Source of the DNA: Candidatus Lokiarchaeum ossiferum
GTDB lineage: Archaea; Asgardarchaeota; Lokiarchaeia; Sigyniarchaeales; Promethearchaeaceae
Direction of reading: 5' to 3'
DNA length: 32,000 nucleotides
Assembly (NCBI GenBank): GCA_025839675.1
Contig: CP104013.1
Coordinates: 300,001 to 332,000, forward strand
The notes under the pieces: generated by a model
What the model was told of the DNA's origin: nothing
Seen by the model: only the letters and a program-made list of their open reading frames with translations
Databases searched by the model: none
In this document: piece after piece, positions 16,139 through 23,851 of the stretch
Position numbering within the stretch: position 1 is the first letter of the stretch
Layout: every line of letters starts with the position of its first letter
Made by a program: the position numbers and the translations under genes

Positions 16139-16999
16139 TTATAAAATCTCTGTGAAATTTATTTTTCGGTTTTGAAGTAATATGACCATAAAACCGATTG
16201 AGAAAATTAAAATTTCACTAGAGTAACCTGGAATATTTATTCCTGTATCATGGGGAGAAGTCATTCCAATCATAATATTAATAGTTCTATTAATAGTATC
16301 CGAATCCCCATTAGCATCAGTTACTCTCAAATTGACAACATAGGAACCTTTGATAGGATATCTGTGTATTGGATTTGTATTAATGGAATATGTTTTATCT
16401 CCAAAAGTCCAATAATATGTTAGGGGTCTATTTCCACCGGTTGTTTCATCAGTAAAAGTTACTAATTCTCCAAATTCATCGGAAGAGATTTCATAGTTGA
16501 ATTTTGCTTTTGGATATAAATTATCTTGTACTGTAATCGTTAATGAAGCATTATCCGAATCCCCATCGTTGTCAGTTACCAAAAGGACTACATTATATTT
16601 TCCAGATGAATTATAGCTGTGAGAGGTGTTCTGCAAGCTGGAGACCATACCATCTCCGAAATCCCATAGATATTCCAAGGGAATATCTCCACTTGATGAA
16701 GAATCGAAAAAGTCCACCAATTCCCCCACATAAACAATTTGATTTGAAGCGGTGAAATTTGCAATAGGATATAAATCAAAAGGAGCAGATTTTGTTGAAC
16801 TAACTGAAAGTTTAATACTATTTTTCTCAAAATTGGTATCTATATCATCATAAGAACTATATTTTGAATAAATGCTGGATTCTCCACCCAATTTTGGTTC
16901 AACTATAGAATGATTAATTTTGACTAGAGATATTCCCATCAATCCAAAGACAAGAATAAATAATACCATCATATTACCTTTTCGAGTAGAATATTTCAT
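16139..16999 (-). CDS. Secreted protein with two PKD domains and a C-terminal TM anchor
   Basis: Two PKD signatures are present: YLWDFGDGMVSSLQNTSHSYNSSGKYNVVLLVTDNDGDSDNASLTITV and YYWTFGDKTYSINTNPIHRYPIKGSYVVNLRVTDANGDSDTINRTINI. The ORF opens at 17086, but the ATG at 16999 (MKYSTRKGNMMVLFILVFGLMGISLV) gives a signal-anchor N-terminus. C-terminus is INIPGYSSEILIFSIGFMVILLQNRK.... Confidence 0.85.
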   Translation of the reverse strand: MKYSTRKGNMMVLFILVFGLMGISLVKINHSIVEPKLGGESSIYSKYSSYDDIDTNFEKNSIKLSVSSTKSAPFDLYPIANFTASNQIVYVGELVDFFDSSSSGDIPLEYLWDFGDGMVSSLQNTSHSYNSSGKYNVVLLVTDNDGDSDNASLTITVQDNLYPKAKFNYEISSDEFGELVTFTDETTGGNRPLTYYWTFGDKTYSINTNPIHRYPIKGSYVVNLRVTDANGDSDTINRTINIMIGMTSPHDTGINIPGYSSEILIFSIGFMVILLQNRKINFTEIL

Positions 17000-17162
17000 C
17001 TTAAAATGATAAATTAAACAAATTTTATTTAAAGATAAGTATTTTTTGAATAAAAATAAGAAAACATTCCAATGAACTCGCATCAAAATTATCTCTTAAG
17101 AATAACCGGTTAAAATATAAGCGATATTTTGATAGATCGTCGTGAGTTTTACGGTATATATT

Positions 17163-18332
17163 TTATTTTTCAAGTAAGTTAAACTGGACAATACAATTTA
17201 AAAGAGACCGTGGAATGTGAAAGAAAGTTTTCCATTTTCCTCCTTTTAAATAATGAGTTGGTTCTCCACGTCGATTTAAATAGCCAAACCATTCCCCATA
17301 ATTTCTATCAACGAAATGTCCCCAAATCCATGCATCAATGCGCTTGAACCATTCTAAAAATTTTTCTTGCTTTGTTAAACGATAAGCCAATAGACTCGCA
17401 GTCAGTGCTTCAGTATGCACCCACCAAAGTTTCATATCCCATTGTAATTCTAAGTGGGGTTTTTGAAGGAGATCTTGAAAATAAAATAGCCCTCCATATT
17501 GAGAATCCCATCCGAACTCGAGTTCGGTAAGAATAATTTTACACAATTTCTCGATTACTATTTGATCGCCTTTAATTTCCGCATATTCTAGTAAGAAAAC
17601 ACATCCTTCCAGACCACTCCCAACACAAATTTGCCTTCCGAGACTTGAATCCAAATCTATAGAAAAATCTTGGTTAAGATTTTCCATTAAAACATGACAT
17701 TCTTTATTCCAAAACCGATTAATCACCATATCCATTGCATCCTCGATAAGGTGATCAAATTTCGGAGTCTCAAAACATTCTCGCATAATATTACCCAGAT
17801 TGGCGGTAATTAAGGCATGATCCATATAATGTTTGATGGGTTGAGCCGGCATCATCTTTGACCATTTCCCCTTGGGATTAGAGAGACGATCTATATAATT
17901 TTGCATGGCCAATTCAGCCGTTTTTTTATATTTGTCTTGAGATGTTGCTTTGTACAAAGCAGCAGCACCCATTACTGCGAAAGCTTCAGAATAAATATTA
18001 TATGGAGCAATTAAGGGGTTACCCTTTTGATTGAGGGCAAAATAGAAGTTTTGATTTTCAGAATACCCATGAGTAGTTAAAAAGTCATAACCTTGTTCTG
18101 CTATTTTTAGCCACTCATTTTGTCGATATGGGGTCATATAAAGGGTAGCAAATTGGTACACAATCCGCCACTGCATCCATATATATTTTGTTGTATCGAA
18201 AACCGATCCATCACGATCTAAAAGTGTAAAATACCCCCCATATTCCGAATCAATGGAATTTTTCTGCCAAAAGGGGATGATTGAATTTAATAATTCATCT
18301 TCATATTTTTTCTTAAAAGCAGCCCACGACAT
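17163..18332 (-). CDS. AGE-family epimerase/isomerase (N-acylglucosamine 2-epimerase / cellobiose 2-epimerase-like)
   Basis: 389 aa. The N-terminus LLNSIIPFWQKNSIDSEYGGYFTLLDRDGSVFDTTKYIWMQWRIVYQF is typical of the AGE (alpha/alpha)6-barrel family. Later elements are GGLFYFQD, WWVHTEAL and GEWFGYLNRRGEP. Confidence 0.85.
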   Translation of the reverse strand: MSWAAFKKKYEDELLNSIIPFWQKNSIDSEYGGYFTLLDRDGSVFDTTKYIWMQWRIVYQFATLYMTPYRQNEWLKIAEQGYDFLTTHGYSENQNFYFALNQKGNPLIAPYNIYSEAFAVMGAAALYKATSQDKYKKTAELAMQNYIDRLSNPKGKWSKMMPAQPIKHYMDHALITANLGNIMRECFETPKFDHLIEDAMDMVINRFWNKECHVLMENLNQDFSIDLDSSLGRQICVGSGLEGCVFLLEYAEIKGDQIVIEKLCKIILTELEFGWDSQYGGLFYFQDLLQKPHLELQWDMKLWWVHTEALTASLLAYRLTKQEKFLEWFKRIDAWIWGHFVDRNYGEWFGYLNRRGEPTHYLKGGKWKTFFHIPRSLLNCIVQFNLLEK

Positions 18333-18422
18333 TACTAAGAGAGATTAATCTCATGTACAATTTAGGATTTTTCCTCGGTGAAGAAACAATCCTTTTTTTA
18401 TGATTGATCGTAGTTTTAAATT

Positions 18423-19307
18423 ATGCAATATGGAGTTATAGTGCATGGGGGAGCAGGTGATTTTCCTAATGTGCTGATTAAAGATCATCACAATGGTGTG
18501 TCTATTGCAAGCCAAATCGCATATCAGATATTAGAGAAAGGAGGGTCTGCCATAGATGCAGTCGAGCAAGCCATAATTTCATTGGAAAATGATCCAACCT
18601 TTGATGCTGGGAAAGGATCCTTCTATAACAAATATGGAGAAATTGAAATGGATGCCATAATTGCCACAGATAGCTATCAAGTTGGGTCCGTCTGCTCTAT
18701 AAAAAATGTGCAAAATCCCATCCAAGTGGCGCGTTTAGTAATGGATAAAACAAAAAATATCATGTTAGTAGGAAAAGGGGCAGAACTATTTGCTCGGGAA
18801 CAAAAAATTCCTTTTTATCCTTCCAAAATGTTGCAAGGGAGCAAAGAATTGGAGTTAATCTACGGAAAAGAAAAAATGAATAAATTTCTACAAAAAAATC
18901 AACGTTTGGGGACCGTAGGATGTGTATGTTTAGATAAAGCAGGCCACTATGCCATTGGATTATCCACAGGAGGTTCTTTCATGAAAATGAAAGGTCGAGT
19001 TGGAGATACTCCTTTATGGGGTTCGGGGGGGTATGTTGAACCTATCGGAGGTGCCGCTGCCACGGGAATGGGAGAAGATTTAATTAGAATTCTGATCACT
19101 CGTCAAGCCTTAGATTATCTTCGAAACGGTCTGAGTGCCCAAGAAGCAGCAACTCGGGTCATTAAAGATTTAAAAGATAAAACGAACAGCAGTGGGCGGA
19201 TAATTTTGATTTCAAACGCTAGTTTTGGATATGCCTTCAATACCAAAAAAATGTCCATAGCTTACCGTGATGATACAATGAAAGAAGTGCATGTTACGTT
19301 TAATTAA
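18423..19307 (+). CDS. Isoaspartyl peptidase / plant-type L-asparaginase (Ntn hydrolase)
   Basis: 294 aa with HGGAG, DAGKGS, the autoprocessing site LGTVGCVCLDKAGHYAIGLSTGG (Thr nucleophile), GRVGDTPLWGSG and TGMGEDLIR. Confidence 0.9.
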   Translation: MQYGVIVHGGAGDFPNVLIKDHHNGVSIASQIAYQILEKGGSAIDAVEQAIISLENDPTFDAGKGSFYNKYGEIEMDAIIATDSYQVGSVCSIKNVQNPIQVARLVMDKTKNIMLVGKGAELFAREQKIPFYPSKMLQGSKELELIYGKEKMNKFLQKNQRLGTVGCVCLDKAGHYAIGLSTGGSFMKMKGRVGDTPLWGSGGYVEPIGGAAATGMGEDLIRILITRQALDYLRNGLSAQEAATRVIKDLKDKTNSSGRIILISNASFGYAFNTKKMSIAYRDDTMKEVHVTFN

Positions 19308-19333
19308 TCAAAAAAAAACCATATTGGGAATGG

Positions 19334-19372
19334 AAAGGGCTCAGGTTATTCTCGAACCATCATTTTTTGCAA
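19334..19372 (+). repeat. 39-nt direct repeat, copy A
   Basis: aaagggctcaggttattctcgaaccatcattttttgcaa matches 21862..21900 at 36 of 39 positions (manual alignment). It lies 27 nt after the asparaginase stop and contains a T6 run. Confidence 0.8.
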
Positions 19373-19400
19373 GATGAGTTTGCAAGTTGAAAAAATTTTA

Positions 19401-20456
19401 TTAACATTTTTTTACAATTGAGTTGTACACTTTTTCAATGTGTTTTGTTTGTTCCTCAAGTGAAAAAACACTTTTTGCAAAATCATGACCTGGAATTGAG
19501 AAAATATTAAAACTTGGATTGATTAGCTCAATTTCATTTACCTTTAAATTTTCATCTTTTCCAATTAAGTCCAATCTCATATAATGAAAAGGATATTCCT
19601 GTTCAACTATTGAAATTATTTTATCAATAATTTCTCGTTCTTTACTACTAATTTTATATTTTTCTAAAATAGCACCATTATAATAATCAACGATTTTAAT
19701 ATTTTCATCAGAAGGCATGAAATTTCTTCTTGATAATGTGATTTCTTTATCAATAATCGCTATTTTTATTTCACCGTATTTTAAAAAATCATATTCAAAT
19801 TTTTGAACGATTATTCTTTGAGAATTGATAATTTTTTGATAAGTTGAAGCATGTTTTTCAAAGGTATTATGATTATAACTTAAATAATATTGTTCTAATT
19901 CTTTTAACGACAGTTTTCCATCTAAAATAAGGATTCCTTTAGCCCTTTCTGAAATCAAAGGTTTTGCAATATAAATTTCTTTATCATTGTTTAATTGAAT
20001 TAATTGATCTAAAGTTTCAATATTTGAAGTTGGAATAACTGGAACACCAAGTTTAGATAGATGAATCAAATATTCTTTGGAAGCATTTTGAATAATGGTT
20101 TCCACAGGATTCATAAATTTTGAATTAGGAAAATTTTTTCTTAAATAATCAATTAAATTGAAAAATTCTTCTGTTTGTTCAGATAAACCGTATGCTATGT
20201 TCTTAGATTCTATTTCTTTTCCAAAAACTCCAAAATAAAATAAATCTATTTCATCAAAAGGGACATTAATTTCTTTTTTAGATTTATAATCTAAAGCAAT
20301 TAAATGATTTGAATTTTGATTTCTTCTACAATCAATTACATATGAATTAACTCCTTTTGATTTAAAAAATTCTAAATAAGGAGTAGCTTCGTCTGTAAAT
20401 TGATATTCCTTTGTGTTCAAAGGATTCAAATATTCCGCAATTATACCGATTTTCAT
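19401..20456 (-). CDS. ATP-grasp-fold ligase (RimK/GshB-like; substrate unknown)
   Basis: The ORF opens at a TTG (20480). The ATG at 20456 (MKIGIIAEY...) follows GAGGAAG and lies 10 nt after the racemase stop. The pre-ATP-grasp and ATP-grasp layout is: NASKEYLIHLSKLGVPVIPTS, IYIAKPLISERAKGILIL, IIVQKFEYDFLKYGEIKIAII, HYMRLDLIGKDENLKVNEIELINPSF. Confidence 0.65.
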   Translation of the reverse strand: MKIGIIAEYLNPLNTKEYQFTDEATPYLEFFKSKGVNSYVIDCRRNQNSNHLIALDYKSKKEINVPFDEIDLFYFGVFGKEIESKNIAYGLSEQTEEFFNLIDYLRKNFPNSKFMNPVETIIQNASKEYLIHLSKLGVPVIPTSNIETLDQLIQLNNDKEIYIAKPLISERAKGILILDGKLSLKELEQYYLSYNHNTFEKHASTYQKIINSQRIIVQKFEYDFLKYGEIKIAIIDKEITLSRRNFMPSDENIKIVDYYNGAILEKYKISSKEREIIDKIISIVEQEYPFHYMRLDLIGKDENLKVNEIELINPSFNIFSIPGHDFAKSVFSLEEQTKHIEKVYNSIVKKC

Positions 20457-20466
20457 TTTTCTTCCT

Positions 20467-21219
20467 CTATACTTCTGCAATTCCTTCCTCAGAAACAGAA
20501 TTAATTATAATATTTTCATTTGATTCAAATAAGGCTCTTTCAACTGCAGCTTTTGCAATAATCTCTGAAGGATTGATGAGAATATACGGTACTTTTTTTG
20601 GATCTAAAAGCATTGAAATCTCTGTGCACCCACAAATAATTAATTCAGCACCTGATTTTGTTAAATTATTTCCTGCCTTTTTTAGAAGTTTTCTTGGATA
20701 TTTCTTATATTTAGATTTAATTCCCATCCTCCCATAAATTGATTCCATAACTAATAGTTCTTGATCTTCTTGATTTGGGATAATTGTTTTTATTCCTTCT
20801 TTTCTTAATTCTTCTTCATAAACTTTGCTTTTTATTGTTCCAGTTGTTGCAAGCAAACCTACTTTTTTAACATCAGGATAATTTTGAGAAATAAAATTAA
20901 CTGTTTCTTGAATCATATTTAAAATAGGAATTTTTACACTTGATTGAACTTTATCAATAAAAAAATGTGCAGTATTACAAGGTATTAAAATAAAATCAGA
21001 CCCTATTTGTTCGAGAACTTTTGCTGTTTTAATCATTTCGGGTATAGGATTTTTTCCCCCATATAAAATTGCCTTAGTTCTATCTGGTATTTTTGGGTTA
21101 CTATAAATTATTGTTTGAATATGGTCTTGATCTTTTTTAGCCGGAGTTAGTCAAATTATTTGTTTATAAAGTTCATTAGTTGCTTCCGGGCCCATTCCAC
21201 CTAATATTCCAATTTTCAT
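20467..21219 (-). pseudogene. Asp/Glu-racemase family gene (aspartate-racemase-like) interrupted by an in-frame TGA at codon 23
   Basis: From the ATG at 21219 it reads MKIGILGGMGPEATNELYKQII-[TGA 21151..21153]-LTPAKKDQDHIQTIIYSNPKIPDRTKAIL...MIKTAKVLEQIGSDFILIPCNTAHFF...LIICGCTEISMLL. That is one frame of 250 codons with both catalytic Cys motifs. The ORF track reports only the part after the stop (20467..21036). Confidence 0.85.
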
Positions 21220-21861
21220 TTTTAATCTTTCCTTTATTCTATTTCCGTTCCTTCAAATATTTTGAAAGTTTATTGATTTCCTTCTTTAGAAATTAAACTT
21301 TCAGGGACAATTGGAACTTTACCGCCCCAACTTTTAATAATAGTACCCAGCAATTTATTCAAATTTCACAATTAGAAAATACTATTTGCTGAACACTTCG
21401 TCGAATTAAAATAAGCTAATAAATACGTAAACAGTTTTAATTCTAATATACATTAATATAAGAAATCCTTTTATTAAAGATTTCCGATGAAATTTCTGCT
21501 TTTCCAAAATAATAAATTCACTTTCTATGCAAAATATATCTCAAATTGTTCCTAAATATTAAATAAAATTATATAGATCGGTCATCTTCATAGAGTTCAC
21601 ATTGAAAGCAGAATTAATTCTTCTATTTTCTATCATATGCATGTTCAATGTAATTGAAACTCATTTTCCTGGTCTATTAACTAATTTTTGGCTTATTGTA
21701 TGAGAAATAGTTTGTGAACTAAATTTTTCGACAAGTAAGTTCCTCTCTATAAGATTTGAATTAGATTCTGCTGCAGTAGAAAGGCTGAAATTAAAAATAG
21801 AGAGAAAACACGATGGAAGATTTAAAATTTAAAATATATTAACTCATCAAGGTCGAAAAAT

Positions 21862-21900
21862 AAGGGGCTCAGTTTATTCTAGAACCATCATTTTTTGCAA
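21862..21900 (+). repeat. 39-nt direct repeat, copy B
   Basis: aaggggctcagtttattctagaaccatcattttttgcaa matches 19334..19372 at 36 of 39 positions. It lies inside an ORF-free stretch. Confidence 0.8.
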
Positions 21901-22256
21901 TCAGATACTGTTTTCATCATTGCCCATCTAAGTATAATCATGCACCTCATTAAGAATTATCGATGATATTAAGATTTACATAAAGTTAAATGTATCAATC
22001 CTTAGATATTTCATATCCAAAAAAATTACTCACAATCTTGACGATATAGAATAAGTGTGTTATATTATGAAATTTAAGCGGAAAATGGAATCTATTTTAC
22101 TAATCTATATTATATTTAAAAAATCTTTTATTTCAAACTTTTAGTTTAAGCTCATTAAGCCAAGACCATGCACAAAGAGAAAAACATGAGAGATCAAAAA
22201 GTGATTCTACAAAATTTGAATCGAAACCTGAATTATCGTTATTTAAAAGTATTATA

Positions 22257-22472
22257 TTGAACCATCCTGAAATCTCACTTGATGATTTAGCTTTTAAAAT
22301 GAATACAAATAAAGCCGATCTATTTACAAAATTAATACAATGGAGTGACCAGATTCCCTTTACTATTACTAATGGGTCCATTTTGGTGACTAATATTGAA
22401 GATTTTATTAAAAAACTTGATATCCAATTCGAGGAATGGGGTCAAGAAAATTCATTAAAATCGAAAATATAA
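22257..22472 (+). CDS. Short paralog of the C-terminal domain of the 22580..23236 protein (possibly a truncated gene)
   Basis: The 71-aa ORF starts at TTG. The frame is open from 22104 without any ATG. ...LSLFKSIILNHPEISLDDLAFKMNTNKADLFTKLIQWSDQIPFTITNGSILVTNIEDFIKKLDIQFEEW aligns with ...FSQFQQILLQKKEITINEMALELHMKKIDLFEKLIKWSEQIPFTIIKDKIVVTDLNKFIEQLDEQFQDW. About half the residues are identical by eye. Confidence 0.5.
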   Translation: MNHPEISLDDLAFKMNTNKADLFTKLIQWSDQIPFTITNGSILVTNIEDFIKKLDIQFEEWGQENSLKSKI

Positions 22473-22579
22473 ACATACAATTTATCTAATCTTTTTTTGA
22501 AGAAGATAAAAAGGGAAATCTTCCTTTTGTGGATTATTTCTGCTTAGGAACGAAGACTTAAATTTTCAACATCTATAGT

Positions 22580-23236
22580 ATGTACATACTTACTTCAATA
22601 AGATTGATATTTTTAATAGAAGAGATGAGATATGTTGTGAATGATAACTCTAAAATAGGATTAGCGATTTCCATTCTGGTAATAATTGGGCTATTTGTGT
22701 TAATTCCCTTTGATATGTACCCAGTAATCATTTTTGTGGTCTTTATTGTTGGATTATTACTTGCAATAGCATTTTCTGCCAAAGGACAGCAACTATTCTC
22801 CCGTGGTAGTAATGTCCAACGTTGGGAAATTGGCAAAAAGGAAATAACCCATTCTGAACAACAAGAACCTAAATATCAAAAAGAAATCGAATATAGGGAA
22901 GATATTGGAAATTCGGTTCTAAATAAGCTTGAGACAGTTCCAAATTCTCAAAAATCTGTATCCCCAAATCAAACCCAATCCGATTTTTCTCAATTTCAAC
23001 AGATTTTGCTTCAAAAAAAAGAAATAACTATAAATGAAATGGCTCTGGAGCTTCACATGAAAAAAATTGATCTATTTGAAAAATTGATTAAATGGAGTGA
23101 GCAAATCCCATTTACAATTATCAAGGATAAAATTGTTGTAACAGACCTTAATAAGTTCATTGAACAGTTGGACGAGCAATTCCAAGATTGGGATAAAAAT
23201 GAATCAATAAAAGCGGGTAAAATAACGATTAGTTAA
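22580..23236 (+). CDS. Membrane-anchored protein (2 TM) with a C-terminal winged-helix-like domain
   Basis: 218 aa with two hydrophobic helices (IGLAISILVIIGLFVLIPF, VIIFVVFIVGLLLAIAF), a polar linker, and the domain shared with 22257..22472. An alternative ATG at 22625 gives MRYVVNDN.... Confidence 0.6.
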   Translation: MYILTSIRLIFLIEEMRYVVNDNSKIGLAISILVIIGLFVLIPFDMYPVIIFVVFIVGLLLAIAFSAKGQQLFSRGSNVQRWEIGKKEITHSEQQEPKYQKEIEYREDIGNSVLNKLETVPNSQKSVSPNQTQSDFSQFQQILLQKKEITINEMALELHMKKIDLFEKLIKWSEQIPFTIIKDKIVVTDLNKFIEQLDEQFQDWDKNESIKAGKITIS

Positions 23237-23250
23237 ATTTCATTTCAATA

Positions 23251-23838
23251 TTAAAATGGACGAAAGGTATGAACTGTCCATTGCCATTTTTTTTGCAGAT
23301 TCTTTAACAATTCATAGTATCGTGAAGCATTCTTTATAGAATAATGTTCATATTCTTCAATGATGGTCTTCACTGGAGATTCAAAGGTTCGCACATCTAA
23401 CTTATCGATAAATTTACACCAACTCGCAATATGAAAATCTTTTTCTTCGATATAAAAGGGAAATATTTCACAATTGAATGGTTTAGCATCAGGAAATAAG
23501 CATCCATCTTGTCCCAGTAATGGACATCTACCCCGTGTCTTAGCTATAGCAAGGATTTCATAGAAATCTTCTTTTACAAGGGTCATTTTAGTTAACAAAT
23601 TGGAATCGGGACAATGCCACCATCTTGAAGCTGCTTCATTAATAAATTTTTTATGAATTCGATAAACCACAAATTTTTGGCAAATTTTGGGTGGCAGTGT
23701 TCCTTGCCCAATTTCAACTAATGTATGGTATCCACACACTCCCGTAGGTATCCCATGACAACAAAATTTGCAATCTTCGCAATAAGGGATAGAAATAGTT
23801 GTGCTGGAATAAGAGTTCATAATAGGCGCCCGTTTCAT
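23251..23838 (-). CDS. YkgJ-family (UPF0153, CxxCxxCC) zinc/iron-chelating cysteine-cluster protein
   Basis: CEDCKFCCHG is the CxxCxxCC motif. It is followed by CPLLGQDGCLFPDAKPFNCEIFPF, which matches CPFL..G.C.IY..RP..C..FP. Confidence 0.8.
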   Translation of the reverse strand: MKRAPIMNSYSSTTISIPYCEDCKFCCHGIPTGVCGYHTLVEIGQGTLPPKICQKFVVYRIHKKFINEAASRWWHCPDSNLLTKMTLVKEDFYEILAIAKTRGRCPLLGQDGCLFPDAKPFNCEIFPFYIEEKDFHIASWCKFIDKLDVRTFESPVKTIIEEYEHYSIKNASRYYELLKNLQKKWQWTVHTFRPF

Positions 23839-23851
23839 TCCAATATTTTAA

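Noticed and set aside
19334-19372. The 39-nt repeat as a tRNA 3' fragment (classic att site), because its reverse complement contains GGTTCGAGAAT
   Set aside because: Only a 4-bp stem (GGTT/AACC) can form around the T-loop-like sequence. No acceptor-stem complement or D/anticodon arms are present nearby, and the second copy disrupts even that stem.
20411-20737. 108-aa plus-strand ORF spanning the ATP-grasp/racemase junction
   Set aside because: It is antisense to two genes with clear family motifs, and its sequence has no motif of its own.
21151-21153. The in-frame TGA of the racemase as a selenocysteine codon
   Set aside because: The position aligns with a variable, non-catalytic residue just after the GGMGP segment, not with a Cys or redox site. 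I saw no obvious SECIS-like hairpin, and TGA terminates other genes here. A nonsense mutation or a sequencing error is more parsimonious.
21560-21790. Broken minus-strand frames as a decayed tyrosine-recombinase gene (SHTISQKLVNRPG versus the RHTxATxLxxxG box)
   Set aside because: The resemblance rests on about 4 residues in a fragment with no other integrase boxes. That is too weak without a profile search, so it is kept only as something to test under the direct-repeat finding.
22133-22381. 82-aa minus-strand ORF, and the 87-aa minus-strand ORF at 22573..22836
   Set aside because: The plus-strand frames at both places are paralogous to each other (conserved DLF.KLI.WS.QIPFTI). That identifies the plus strand as the coding or formerly coding strand.
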